DNA of 63,744 nt, filler included, from Octopus bimaculoides (GCF_001194135.2; 5 parts of 5 records of this genome joined end to end with filler, not necessarily neighbours in it); one strand, 5' to 3'; numbered from the whole stretch's first letter, positions 50,204 through 62,533 are shown. A program made the numbers and translations. Notes: a model not told the origin generated them from the letters alone.

Positions 50204-51890
50204 TGATATGTCTCAAGCTACTGCTATGTAGCACCTTCGAATAATCTCTCCTCAACTGTGCACAGCTGCTACTCAACAGCTACTCAACTCTTTCTTTATT
50301 CGGCACTACGGCCACAACACAGAGGGGGACACTACCAGGACAGACACAACATAACAATGGGGACATAAAGCATAAAACGAATGACAATGAGATGTTATAT
50401 GAAATGAAGAAATGAAATGGCTGCATGGGTCCCATTCCCATGCAGTACCATTTGAACGTTTATATATACTAGTTCTATTTACCTCGTTAACTTTTTCATC
50501 CCCGCACAGTTGCACTCCCGAAACTTTTCCTTCGCTGGGACAACCGGCGTCATTAGCACTGTTTCCTCCTTCTGTAAATTCTCGAACACCTTTTCAATTG
50601 CCTTCTCACTTTCTTTCTCCACCACCTCTTCGTCTGCCTTCCTTCTGGTCACAGCATTCTCTTCCACCTTTTCTTTCTTCCTTTTCTGGTTCTTGAGTGG
50701 CGGGCTCGCTCTTCCACTTCTCCTTTTTCTTTCCACCACCGTGAATCCCTCCTCCGTTGTATTTTCTTCCATCTCCATCTGCACTACCTGGCTCGTGCAC
50801 TCCTGCTTCTCTGTCGGTTCTCTCTGTGGGCATCTTGCCTTCATGTGGCCTTTCTTCCCACATGCAAAACATATAGGCGGCCTGCCCTCCACTTTCACTC
50901 TCAATCTCAAGTCATCGGGCAGCACTATCTCCTCATCAATTCTATTTAAATCTTACACTGTTGCCTGGATAGTGAGCTCAATCCCGTATCCCCAGTAATC
51001 AATACTTTGTGTCCTTGTGGCCGTTAATATCTTGGCCTCTTCCTTCGTGTTGAACATTATTGCTGTCATCAGCCATGTTTCTTCTAGCTCTGGGGGTACT
51101 TTTCTTACTCGCACTCTGGCCACACGTTTGGCACAGTACGAAGGCAACTGCACCCACTCCTCTGATCGTATTGCCTCCGTTGAGTTCTTAATTGTTTCTT
51201 CCTCTGTTGCAAAGCGTACCTCCACGTTGGCATACTTTCTTCCTCTTGTTACAAATTTTGTTTGTTTCCTAATACTTTTCAAACATTCCTCAATCTCCTC
51301 CACTGTTGCGAGCTCTATCTTCCTTGTTGCGATTTTCATTGTTTTAAATACCACAGTTCTTTTTATTACACTGCTTGCCAGTTCTGCAGGCGGTGTCAAC
51401 TTCAACATCTCTCCGACTTTCACCAGCAATTCCTCACATTGTTTCATTTTTTTCCGCTTCACCCTANNNNNNNNNNNNNNNNNNNNNNNNNNNNNNNNNN
51501 NNNNNNNNNNNNNNNNNNNNNNNNNNNNNNNNNNNNNNNNNNNNNNNNNNCCTAATTTCAATTGTTTCCAGTTTTCTCTCCTCTGTTCCTCTTCCAGTTG
51601 CGGCCGCATAACTCTGGCCACCCACCGACGCTGACTCCATTTCCCCCCAAATGGGAAGAGAGAAAAAACAGCAATTCACGAACAATTTCAACAATCAAAC
51701 AGCAATGATTAACAACCAATTTTTCAACAACCAAATATTCAACGTTCCAACTTACTTCAAAAAGACTCCGTTATCGACAACTCAACTCAAATTTCTCAAC
51801 AGCTACTCAACACCCCTACCACGGCCAGACTACCTCTATTTATATGTCTTGGGCGGTCATACTTCTTCGCTTGGAGGCATCGACACAACA
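50204..51890 (-). mobile_element. Short solo LTR (about 164 bp, TG...CA) split by a nested retroelement
   Basis: CCGTC 5-bp TSD at 50199-50203 and 51891-51895; absent from the matching arm (aaccgtcaattatcaat, about 56660-56675); TATAAATA on the minus strand at 51844-51837. Confidence 0.65.
50289..51794 (-). mobile_element. ORF1-only (HAL1-like) non-LTR retroelement with a gag-like CCHC ORF1
   Basis: 17-bp TSD CTCAACAGCTACTCAAC (50272-50288, 51795-51811). ORF 51640-50479 has one in-frame TAA (50953-50955) and the knuckle CFACGKKGHMKARC. AATAAA at 50300-50295 lies immediately before the TSD. No ORF2. Confidence 0.8.
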
Positions 51891-52599
51891 CCGTCAATTA
51901 TCAATAAGACTTAATAAGTAATTAGAAAAATATTTAATAGTAATCAATAATAATTTCAGGTTTACAAAATTTCTAATTAGATTATTCGTTGTAAATAATA
52001 GGTCTGATATTTATAGAAAAAATAAGTGTTATAATTCGGAATTTATTATCTAGTCATAGTATAGAAAGATTTGGATCAGCTGTTGGAGTAGATACTAAAA
52101 GGTTAAAAATAAAAGTAAAACTGAAGATGAAAGGGGATTTACTTACGTTATCAACAACTAAAAGGTATATAAAGCAGTATAAAAGTTAATTTTAATTAAT
52201 ATCGAAAAAGGTTGTTTATATCTGTAGAGATCATAGGAAAACTATAGCATGCCGTTATATGATTTTGATGTAATGTAGGAGATATAATAATTAATGGAAA
52301 AAGCGGAGACATACATATATTAAAAAAAAAATGTAAATATACTGACATCAGATATACATGAATATGTACTCTCAAATTTTATGTCTCTTACATACCATTA
52401 TACATAAGGTTATGCGTAAACATACCGATACAGCCATATATACATATACACACAATTTTTGTATATACAAACACATACGAATAAATAGTTATGTATACAT
52501 CGTTTATATATATATACAAACAGATACAAACTACGATATTAATACATATAAATATCTATACAGATATTGATGCATATATTTATACATACATGCACACCA

Positions 52600-54269
52600 A
52601 TATCCTGGTATATATCTGGTGGCAAAATGTTTTTAGAGTCCACTACTGTTCATTTTACTTTAGTCCCTAAATGTAGATTCATGGTTCGCTATTCGAGATT
52701 TGATCAAACTTTGTGTACATCCGATATAATGGAATTTTGAGGCATCCTGTGTATTGATTGTTGCTTGGTATACATTTTTTCTTTTACAATCTCCGTCTAT
52801 GTTACATGCGTTTGGATCTCTACAATTAAAAGCACTGTGTGCAGGTAATAGGGTGTTGTTACTTGTCTTTGTTGATTTATATGGGTTGGAATTATTAAGT
52901 GTTTATATTGTTATTTGTACCATTATGTTTTGTTTTTCTTTATTATTTTTATGTTTTATGTTCAGTTTGTGTTTCTTTTTTATTCACATAGAATAGATCT
53001 AATTTCCTATTATTAAACAAAGATCATATCCTGTAAGGGTTGGGAGGAACTGAAAATCCAAATATGATATTTCTATTATCAAATATTTTTGCGTAGCTAG
53101 TGTTATTAAAAATGTTAGTAATAATCTTTCTGATAGATTTTATAAAGTTTGCTTTCAAATGTTTAGCGAAAGGTATTATTATCCATGTGGTTTTATCTGG
53201 CTCTACCTTCGATGAACATTGTCTATTTTTTTATTATTATAATTAATTTTATTATTATGTTTAATCTTATCTTTATTGTTAATTATCGTACTCTGGCCAG
53301 TCATACTTTTTCTGTTGAGTTATCTTTATGCACTTATCTTTCATTATATAGCTGTTATTTACGCACTCATTATTTTAAAGGTTATTGTCATTAGTGTGAT
53401 CAGAATGATGATAATAATTTTTATGACTTCTGTTCTGATTTCTAATTTTATTTTTGGTATAATGTTCGTCATGCTTTGGTTTAATATTTTTATTATTATA
53501 ATAATTGGCCTGTTTTACATGTTTGTTATATTTATGATTAGCATCGAGACCATTCATCTTTTTCATTATGAGGTACACTATTTCTTTATAAGTGTCTAAG
53601 TCTCTGGTCATAACATTATTATTTATGTAATTATTTTAATATGATTCTTAGTAGTGTTGCTGTTCGTACTGTACTTAATTTCATACTTATATCCTGCTTT
53701 ATTAAGTGCTATATTGTAATAGTTTTGTGCTTATTAAATACTTTTTCGTTAGAAGATAGGAAATTAATTCTTCTCTCTAAGTTAGAATTAAGGTTTGCTA
53801 TAATATTGTGAATGGTTGCTGTTTGCATTTATATATCCAATGCTGGCTTTGGGTTTACGGTAAGGTTGGTAAATAGAAGTATTATGGTTGAAATTAACGC
53901 CAAGATATCATTTTTCAATTGAAAGTCCTTGGTCCTTTAAAAATGTATGTATCCGGTTTTTTTTTTCTAATTTTTCAATTTTCTCTTTGCAATGTTCCTT
54001 ACTAAGAATAGGGCGTCATCCTGGTTTAGTATGAAAAACCAGAACATAATGGTACAAGTAACAATATAAGTACTCTTAATAACTACAACCCATGTAAATC
54101 AACAAACATGAGTGATAACACCCCATTACCTACACAAAAAACTTCTAATTGTAGAGACCCAAACGGGTCTCTACAATTAGTATACCAAGCAACATTCACT
54201 ACACAGGATGCCTCAAAATAACATTATATCTGATGTAAATAAAACTGGAATAAATCATGAATAGCGAAC
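52600..54269 (-). pseudogene. Highly degenerate Penelope-like element (RT motif C, thumb, linker, GIY-YIG) with an inverted copy of the endonuclease segment
   Basis: Minus strand gives QDDAL, YQPYRKP...YINANSNH, LERRINFLSSNEKVF, ALNKAGYK, WIIIPFAK, NCRDPNACNIDGDCK, YQATI and HYIGCT. 54033-54269 is an inverted copy of 52684-52938. Confidence 0.8.
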
Positions 54270-55366
54270 TACGTATTTAAATACGTATATACTTCTGTGT
54301 GTGTATGAGTGTAGGAGTATAGGTATGTATGTGATTTTATGTGTATGTATGTAATTCTATGTACTGGCGTATGTATATATATGCGTTTGTGCATGTGTGT
54401 ATATGTGTGTATATACATATGTATGTGTGTTTGTATGTCTATGTATGTATACATATGTATATGTATATATAATATTTTTGTGCACGTATGTACATTAGTA
54501 TAAATGTATGTGTCTATCCACGTACATTATTACCTATATATTTATGCACTTTAGTGTCTTTATATTTCCAATTGTAAGCGTGCATTGTTTGTATATACAT
54601 ATATCTATCTATATATACATGTTACATAAGCAGGTATATATGCATGTATGTATGGATGTATATAATGCGTATATAGTATATACCTAAGTGTCATATTATA
54701 TGATTCACTAATCCTATATACAAATTTGTCATAATTTTTTATAATTTTTATAATTTTTTAATAATTTTTATAATTTTTATAATTTTCATAATGTATATAT
54801 GTGCTTATGTATACTTACATGGGCATATATGCCTTCAGGCCGGTATATAAGCATTATTTATGAACATAAGTGTAGTTATGTGTGCATATTGTATGTATAA
54901 ACGGTATATAGATGGATATTGGTGAGTATTGATGTATAAGTATATGCATCAAGGTCTCTATAAATATCTGTATGGATATATATCATTGTTTGTATATGTT
55001 TATATATATATATATATATATATATATNNNNNNNNNNNNNNNNNNNNNNNNNNNNNNNNNNNNNNNNNNNNNNNNNNNNNNNNNNNNNNNNNNNNNNNNN
55101 NNNNNNNNNNNNNNNNNNNNNNNNNNNNNNNNNNNNNNNNNNNNNNNNNNNNNNNNNNNNNNNNNNNNNNNNNNNNNNNNNNNNNNNNNNNNNNNNNNNN
55201 NNNNNNNNNNNNNNNNNNNNNNNNNNNNNNNNNNNNNNNNNNNNNNNNNNNNNNNNNNNNNNNNNNNNNNNNNNNNNNNNNNNNNNNNNNNNNNNNNNNN
55301 NNNNNNNNNNNNNNNNNNNNNNNNNNNNNNNNNNNNNNNNNNNNNNNNNNNNNNNNNNNNNNNNNC

Positions 55367-55640
55367 ATCCAGCTATTCTGATTATATGTCTGTGCACACG
55401 TTTGAATGTGGTGTGTGCCAGAGGGTTTGCAAATCCAATGGGGGTCTTAAAAAAGACATGTTAGGATCCACAATGAGCAGAACTTACTTGCAGGTATTGG
55501 TAGTGCAAATCAGAGGTGCAATCTGTGTGGGTGTTTTTTCAAAACACTGTCTGGTTTAAAAAGCCACATCAGACGCCATGAAAAGGCTAAGGTGTAGGTG
55601 CAGGAGGTGGTCAAACTCTGTTTAAGGAGTAGACAACCAC
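55367..55640 (+). pseudogene. 3' end of a LINE (RTE-like) ORF2 with two C2H2 zinc fingers, frameshifted
   Basis: FECGVCQRVCKSNGGLK/RHVRIH and RCNLCGCFFKTLSGLKSHIRRH, then a stop and short 3' UTR; no TGEKP linkers; present in one palindrome arm only. Confidence 0.6.
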
Positions 55641-56227
55641 CATATATGTATGTATGTATGTATGTATATGTAAGTATTTATTCGTGTGTGTTTTTTATAT
55701 ACAAAAACCGCGTGTATATGTATACAAGGCTGAATCGGTACGTATACGCATAGACTTATATATAATGGTATGGAAGAGACATAAAATTGTGAGTGTACAT
55801 ATTCATGTATATTTGACGTCAGTCTATTTATTTTTATTTAAAAAATAAATATACATATGACTCCACTTTTGCCATTAATTATTATCGCCCCTACACTACA
55901 TCAAACTCATATAACGCTATACTTCAGTTTTTCCATGATAAATTTCTCTACAATTATAAACAATTTTTTTGATATTAATAAAAAAAACTTTTGCACCGCT
56001 TTATATACTTTTTAACTGTTGATAACGGAAGTAAATTCCCTTTCATCTTCAATTTTACTTTTATTTTTTAACCGTTTAGTATCAACTCAAACACCTGATT
56101 CAAATCTTTTTATATTGTGAATAGATAATAAATTACGAATTACTACACTTATTTTTTCTATAAATATCAAACCCGTTGTTTATAACATATTATCTAATTA
56201 TAAATTTTGTAAACCTGAAATTATTAC

Positions 56228-56622
56228 TCTTTTACGCTTTTACTTGTTTCAGTCATTTGACTGTGGCCATGCTGGAGCAACGCATTTAAACGAGCTAATC
56301 GACCCCAGTACTTATTCATTGTAAGCCTAGTACTTATTCCATCGGTCTCTTTTGCCGAACCGCTAAGTTACGGGAAGCATCGGTTGTCAAGCGATGTTGG
56401 GCAGACAAACACATACACACAAACATATACACACACACGCATATATATATACATATATACGACGGGCTTCTTTCAGTTTCCGTCTACCAATTCCACTCAC
56501 AAGGTTTTGGTCGGTTCGAGGCTATAGTAGAAGACCCCTGCCCAAGGTGCCACGCAGTGGGACTGAACACGGATCCATGCGGTTTGTAAGCAGGCTACTT
56601 ACCATACAGCCAATCATACACC
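56228..56622 (-). mobile_element. SINE family A, full length, inserted in the right arm of the palindrome
   Basis: Interrupts the arm-to-arm alignment at aaattatta(c/t)t. Confidence 0.88.
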
Positions 56623-57261
56623 TATTATTGATAACTATTAAACATTTTTTCGAATAACTTATTAAGTCTGATTGATAATTGACGGTTAAATAGAAATCTT
56701 AGTATTTTGTATTTCAAAATTCATGACATCCTTAGTTGCTGGTCGTAACCTAAAAATACAGCCTCACCAGTTAATTTACTTCATTTATGGAAGTTTAAAT
56801 TAGCTCATATATAGAAATATATAGAGAGAATGTCACCCTTTAATATTTTAATATTATTATATATATCAGCACCCAATTTATATTTTTTTGTCTAGTTTAA
56901 AATGGACATTACAAGATGATTAATAACAAACACCATATCTATGTAATTCTAACGTCATTTTTTTTTTATCTTAGCTACCGACGAGTACTTTCTGACCTGT
57001 CTTTCTGTACGAAACAAATTGTATAGCAACATGAGTAATAAAAACTATAATCAATTTTAATGTCTAGTCTCCTCCATTTACATAAATATGAATAAACTTG
57101 TTGAAATGTGTTTCATAAGTTAAATATTTTTATATATGACTTCATATCAACACTAACTCACACGAGTAAATTCAAAAGTAAATTATCATGAAAAAACGTT
57201 CGAAATCTTTGGAAATTTAAAGGTCAAACTCGCATTCAGCCATTAAAAGTATATATATATA

Positions 57262-57361
57262 NNNNNNNNNNNNNNNNNNNNNNNNNNNNNNNNNNNNNNN
57301 NNNNNTTAATTAATTAANNNNNNNNNNNNNNNNNNNNNNNNNNNNNNNNNNNNNNNNNNNN
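57262..57361. other. Synthetic scaffold linker N44-TTAATTAATTAA-N44
   Basis: Exact 44+12+44 layout. Confidence 0.95.
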
Positions 57362-57485
57362 AAGGGGGAGGCACAGAGAGGGAAATGGGAGGTAGACAGG
57401 GAGAAAGTGGAGTTGAACAAAGACCTTCTCCCTCGCAGATTGGTTTCACTGAAGAACACGAATTAAAATATATTGTAACGGCTCA

Positions 57486-57865
57486 CGCGTGGCTGAGTGG
57501 TACGAAGCTTACTTCCCAACCACAAGGTTCTGGATTCAGTCCCACTGCGTGGCACTTTGGGCAAGTGTCCTCTCCTCTAGCATCGGGCTGATCAAAGCCC
57601 TCTGAATGGATCCGATAGACAGAAACCGAAAGAAGCGCATCGGGTACGTGTGTGGCTGTGTGTGTGGTTGTTTGTATCCCCCACCACTGCTTGACAACCG
57701 GTATTGGTGTGTTAACGTCCTCGTGATCCAGCGGTTCGGCAAAAGAGACAGATAGAATATGTACCAGGCTCAAAGAATACAAATAAAAGTAATTCCTGAG
57801 GTCGATTCATTCGACTAAAAAATTCTTCAAGGCAGCCGTAGTCTAACGATTAAAACAAGTAAAAT
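57486..57865 (+). mobile_element. SINE family A, full length, diverged
   Basis: GTGGCTGAGTGGTACGAAGC...GGATTCAGTCCCACTGCGTGGCAC head and aaacaagtaaaa tail. Confidence 0.82.
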
Positions 57866-59571
57866 ATCGAAGATAAAAGATGGTCACGTGGTTGGAAAAA
57901 TTACTTCGCTCACTCATCACAAAGTATAGGAATCGTGTTAGTTTTTCACCATGAATAATTTATGTAACGCTAAACTGACCTTTCTTTGAAGACAGATCAA
58001 TGAAAGGATTGTAATGACAAACTATTCTATTCGTTAATGTGACTATGGAACGACATCTTCACTTTAAAATCCATACTGAAAAACACGTAGTTTTTAAAAT
58101 ACTGCAGTTTCGAAAATGATGGCCCGTGGCAGTGATGATGATGACGTTGGGTTTAAGATGATAATCAAAAAAAATCGAGGTTTCGATTCCTGGGGCTGAC
58201 CTTGAGCAAAACTGAAAAACGAGGGTAAATGTTTACTAGTACATCTATCTTACGAGACCGATGTAATAGTTAAAAAAAAAATTAACCGGTAGAGAGAGGG
58301 GTGGTCANNNNNNNNNNNNNNNNNNNNNNNNNNNNNNNNNNNNNNNNNNNNNNNNNNNNNNNNNNNNNNNNNNNNNNNNNNNNNNNNNNNNNNNNNNNNN
58401 NNNNNNNNNNNNNNNNNNNNNNNNNNNNNNNNNNNNNNNNNNNNNNNNNNNNNNNNNNNNNNNNNNNNNNNNNNNNNNNNNNNNNNNNNNNNNNNNNNNN
58501 NNNNNNNNNNNNNNNNNNNNNNNNNNNNNNNNNNNNNNNNNNNNNNNNNNNNNNNNNNNNNNNNNNNNNNNNNNNNNNNNNNNNNNNNNNNNNNNNNNNN
58601 NNNNNNNNNNNNNNNNNNNNNNNNNNNNNNNNNNNNNNNNNNNNNNNNNNNNNNNNNNNNNNNNNNNNNNNNNNNNNNNNNNNNNNNNNNNNNNNNNNNN
58701 NNNNNNNNNNNNNNNNNNNNNNNNNNNNNNNNNNNNNNNNNNNNNNNNNNNNNNNNNNNNNNNNNNNNNNNNNNNNNNNNNNNNNNNNNNNNNNNNNNNN
58801 NNNNNNNNNNNNNNNNNNNNNNNNNNNNNNNNNNNNNNNNNNNNNNNNNNNNNNNNNNNNNNNNNNNNNNNNNNNNNNNNNNNNNNNNNNNNNNNNNNNN
58901 NNNNNNNNNNNNNNNNNNNNNNNNNNNNNNNNNNNNNNNNNNNNNNNNNNNNNNNNNNNNNNNNNNNNNNNNNNNNNNNNNNNNNNNNNNNNNNNNNNAG
59001 CCTCGACGCCCGCTTGACAACTCAACAGTTTAGTAAAAGAGCCGATATGTTAAGTATTGGATTAAAAAAAAAAAAAGAAATTGAAGTACTGGGATCGATT
59101 TATTCGACTAAAATAGTCTTCAAGGCAGTGACGCTCTAGCATAAATAACTTGTAATATATATATATGATTTAAATGAAAACGACGTAACTCAAACCCAGA
59201 ATCTTCAAGACAATAGAATCAGTCAGTCTCTTATAACTTAACCGATTTCTGACTTAGAAGATAATGGAGAGAAAAAAATTTGCAGAATAGAAAAAAATTT
59301 AATTGTACATATCCGCAGTGCAACAAGATCTTCGCATATCTTGAATTCTCAGCCAGGGAAGATGACAATATCATGATTGTTAAATAAGGTATATTAAATA
59401 CATAACACACATATTTTATCTGTTGTTTGTTTCAGCCATTAGACTAAGGCTATGGTGGGGAGCTGTCTTGAGGTGTGTTAAGCGTGCAGAGACTGTACCC
59501 GTTCAAATCACGGCAGATTAAGATGAGTATTACAACTATCACCACCACCACCATTATTATTATTATTATTG

Positions 59572-59930
59572 AACTGGCAGAGTCGATAGCGTGCCGTTCA
59601 CAATGCTTAGCGACATTCGTCCGTCTTTACGTTCTGAGTTCGAATTCCAAAGTCGACCTTGCCTTTCATCCTTTTGGAGCCGATAAATTTCAGGCCTTGT
59701 GCCTGTAATAAAAATAGCGGCTTACTGATAGAATCGTTAGCTTGCCGGACAAAATGCTTAACGACATTTCGTCCGTCCTTAATTTTCTGAGTTCAAATTC
59801 CGCAGAGGCCGACTTTGCCTTTCATCCTTTCGACTTCGATGAAATTTAAGTACCAGTTATGCACTGGGGTCGATGAAATCGACTAGCCGCCAGCTACAAT
59901 ATTGCATGCCTTGTGACCATAGTAGAAAAA
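59572..59930 (+). mobile_element. Two tandem SINE family D copies
   Basis: Two gcagag/gatagaatcg...ttctgagtt...gac(c/t)ttgcctttcatcc units. Confidence 0.8.
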
Positions 59931-59959
59931 GAATGTTACTCCCTTGCTTGACAGTTTTA

Positions 59960-60240
59960 TGAGTCTGAGCAAGACGACTGTATTGCATGGATAACATCTG
60001 TGGATACTCGAGTGATTTTTTTAGACCAATGTCAGACGCACAGATACGATCGCTTACTGGCATAGGAGCGGACGTTCTTCCGTATCTCTCATAGCTTGCC
60101 CTGACGCGCTGCATACGCTAGTTTTGGTTGAGAAGTTGTTTGCTACCTTGGAGCATAAGTTGTACCACTTGGTCCGGTCAGCCGTAATACACACGAAATT
60201 GTGGGGATGGAGTTTGGCCCACTACAGATAGTGCTTTATA
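59960..60240 (-). pseudogene. Degenerate 3' end of an RTE-like LINE
   Basis: Minus strand ADRTKWYNLCSK...DRICASDIGLK matches the RTE C-terminal W...C-x2-C-R-x-C-x-S-x-IGL pattern. Confidence 0.55.
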
Positions 60241-60545
60241 TTTCTTCCTTGGGCTACCTCAAGTACGACTACACCCCTCCATTCCAGTTCTCTATTGAAT
60301 AACTACTATAACCATTTAATATTACAACTAACAGCTTATAGCTAAGAATAAACTGAGAAAATGGTTAAAATGTTTGTCCTGAAAATGTTAGCATTTTGGA
60401 AATAACACAAATTTTAACTAAGAAAACTCAATCCCGAGTCATTAAAATGCTTAATTAACAATCTTAATTACTAGCAATTTAGGAAAACGCTAGGTAGTGG
60501 AGTCTGAAAAAGGAAAGAAAGAGCATAGACAAGAGACGGTAGAAA

Positions 60546-60645
60546 NNNNNNNNNNNNNNNNNNNNNNNNNNNNNNNNNNNNNNNNNNNNTTAATTAATTA
60601 ANNNNNNNNNNNNNNNNNNNNNNNNNNNNNNNNNNNNNNNNNNNN
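60546..60645. other. Synthetic scaffold linker N44-TTAATTAATTAA-N44
   Basis: Exact 44+12+44 layout. Confidence 0.95.
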
Positions 60646-62370
60646 CTCATTTGCCAACATCGAAACAACTTAACAAAGGAATGCGACTACCTAGCGAACT
60701 TTAATTGCAAAACCAGCAACCTCTATGGACTCCCAAAAATCCACAAGAGCAAAACTATTTCTGAAGCTTGCAAAAAGTCCACTTCCACCTGCATCACTGT
60801 ACCACATCCCACTGATCTCAAACTAAGACCATTGTGGCAGGCCCAAACTGTGAAACACACAGATTAAGCAACTTTATCGATATCCTCTTGAAACCAATAC
60901 TTCACCACATACCAAGTATTGTTAGAGATGACCTGGACCTACTAAAGCATCTACCCAAACATACCGATAAAGACAATTTCATTGTTTCCTTTGATGTAAT
61001 AAATCTTTACACTACGATCCCACATCAATATGGACTGGAAGCCATTAACTTCTGGCTAGAAAAATACCCCAATGAGATCCCAGAAAGAATTTAAAAAGAA
61101 TTCATCATCGAGGGCCTTACGTTTATCCTTCAAAACAACTTTTTGAATTTTAATGATAACACCTACAGACAGGTATCAGGGACTGCAATGGGGACTAAAG
61201 TTGCCCCTACATATGCAAACCTGGTGATGGCATACTTAGAATTGCAGATCTACGACAAATCCAAAACTAGATATGACCTGTCTTTCCACCAATCCCTGCT
61301 GAAAAATTGGAAACGTTACTTGGATGATTGCCTCATCCTATGGTCCCACACACTCGACCAACTCTTTGACTTCAAAACCCTAATCAACAGTGTGAACAAC
61401 CATATCCAATTTAGAATGGAATACAGTCAAGACCAACTTCCTTTTCTTGACATTCTCATTATAAAAAAGGTACCAGCGTTAAGACTGATATTCATTACAA
61501 ACCGACTGATTCCAAGCAATACCTTCTGTTCACCTCCAATCACCCAAAACATACAAAGACAAATATTCCCTTCAACCTTGCGAGAAGAATTTGCACAATT
61601 GTCTCTAATTATAGAATTCGAAATAAAAGACTCGAAGAACTAAAGGCAATTCTTCTCGAAGGACATTACCCAGCATCATTAGTTGACAATGGAATAGAAC
61701 GGGCCAAGACAATTGCTACCCATGACCTGCGAAAACCGAAACACATACACGGCACGTTAAATAGTCTCCCATATCTCTCAACACACAATCCTAGAAATGC
61801 AGAAGCTTACACAATAATATACAAAAACATCCCACTACTGAATCAAGACCCACGTCTAAAAAGAGTACTCGCAACCCATAAAATAATAAAAAGCAAAAGA
61901 CAACCCAAATCCCTAAAAAACCTACTCACGAATGCAAAATTGCCCAACACAAGCCCACCACCTACTGTCAAAAAATGTGGTCGTTCCAACTGCAGGACTT
62001 GCATCCACCTCATGGGAGGAACAACATACAGATTCCAGTCGGGACACACTTTTGTCATAAAAAATAACTTCACCAGCGCATCAAAAAATTTACTTTATGC
62101 CATAAGGTGTGAATGGTGCCACAATGAATACATAGGGAAACGAGCCTTACTCTCAGAGAAAGGATGACAGTCCACCGCCAACAATTGAGGGATCCCACCA
62201 CAAGACAGATACCACTCAGTGGGCACTTAGATCTCTGTGCACAAAACAAGTCCCCCAAATTCCTAGTTTTCCCATTATACCAATGCTCAGACAACACCAC
62301 TGACCAAACACGAATAAATAGGGAAAATAATCTTATTCAAAAATAGAGACCACAGCTCAACATACTCTAA
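60646..62370 (+). pseudogene. Penelope-like retroelement (Neptune-type): RT plus GIY-YIG, several stops and frameshifts
   Basis: LYGLPKIHK, SFDVINLYT, GTAMG, KRYLDD, LPFLDI; linker CGRSNCRTC (C-x4-C-x2-C); LLYAIRCEWCHNEYIG; HRQQLRDP...SGHL; ends PQLNIL* at 62370. Confidence 0.93.
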
Positions 62371-62533
62371 CATAAGCCCCCTCCCCAGGTGCACACCCAA
62401 AACAAAGACACACAGATACGCAAAATCACACACACACAAATACAATGCAAACCTCCGACACGAACTCACTTACACACATATAAACACACACACAATCACA
62501 ATATCTCCACACTAGAGCACAAACCCACATACA

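Larger units (their letters stand above)
49714..57125. repeat. Large degenerate inverted duplication (arms about 49714-52938 and 54033-57125) centred on a PLE
   Basis: Reverse-complement matches 49730-50203 vs 56667-57110, 51896-52480 vs 55670-56680, 52510-52590 vs 54905-54990, and 52684-52938 vs 54033-54269. Confidence 0.85.

Noticed and set aside
52081-52140. CTGAAGA in the palindrome arm as a hammerhead core
   Set aside because: Antisense to the PLE, with no stems or GAAAC.
53185-53611. Hydrophobic Ile/Phe-rich + strand ORFs
   Set aside because: Antisense of the A-rich degenerate PLE linker region.
54728-54792. ATAATTTTT(T) tandem
   Set aside because: Simple AT-rich minisatellite; no further structure.
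59950-60060. + strand TSVDTRVIF/RPMSDAQIRS, a superficial Maf-like resemblance
   Set aside because: Needs a frameshift and lacks the following motif; the minus strand gives a better RTE C-terminal match.
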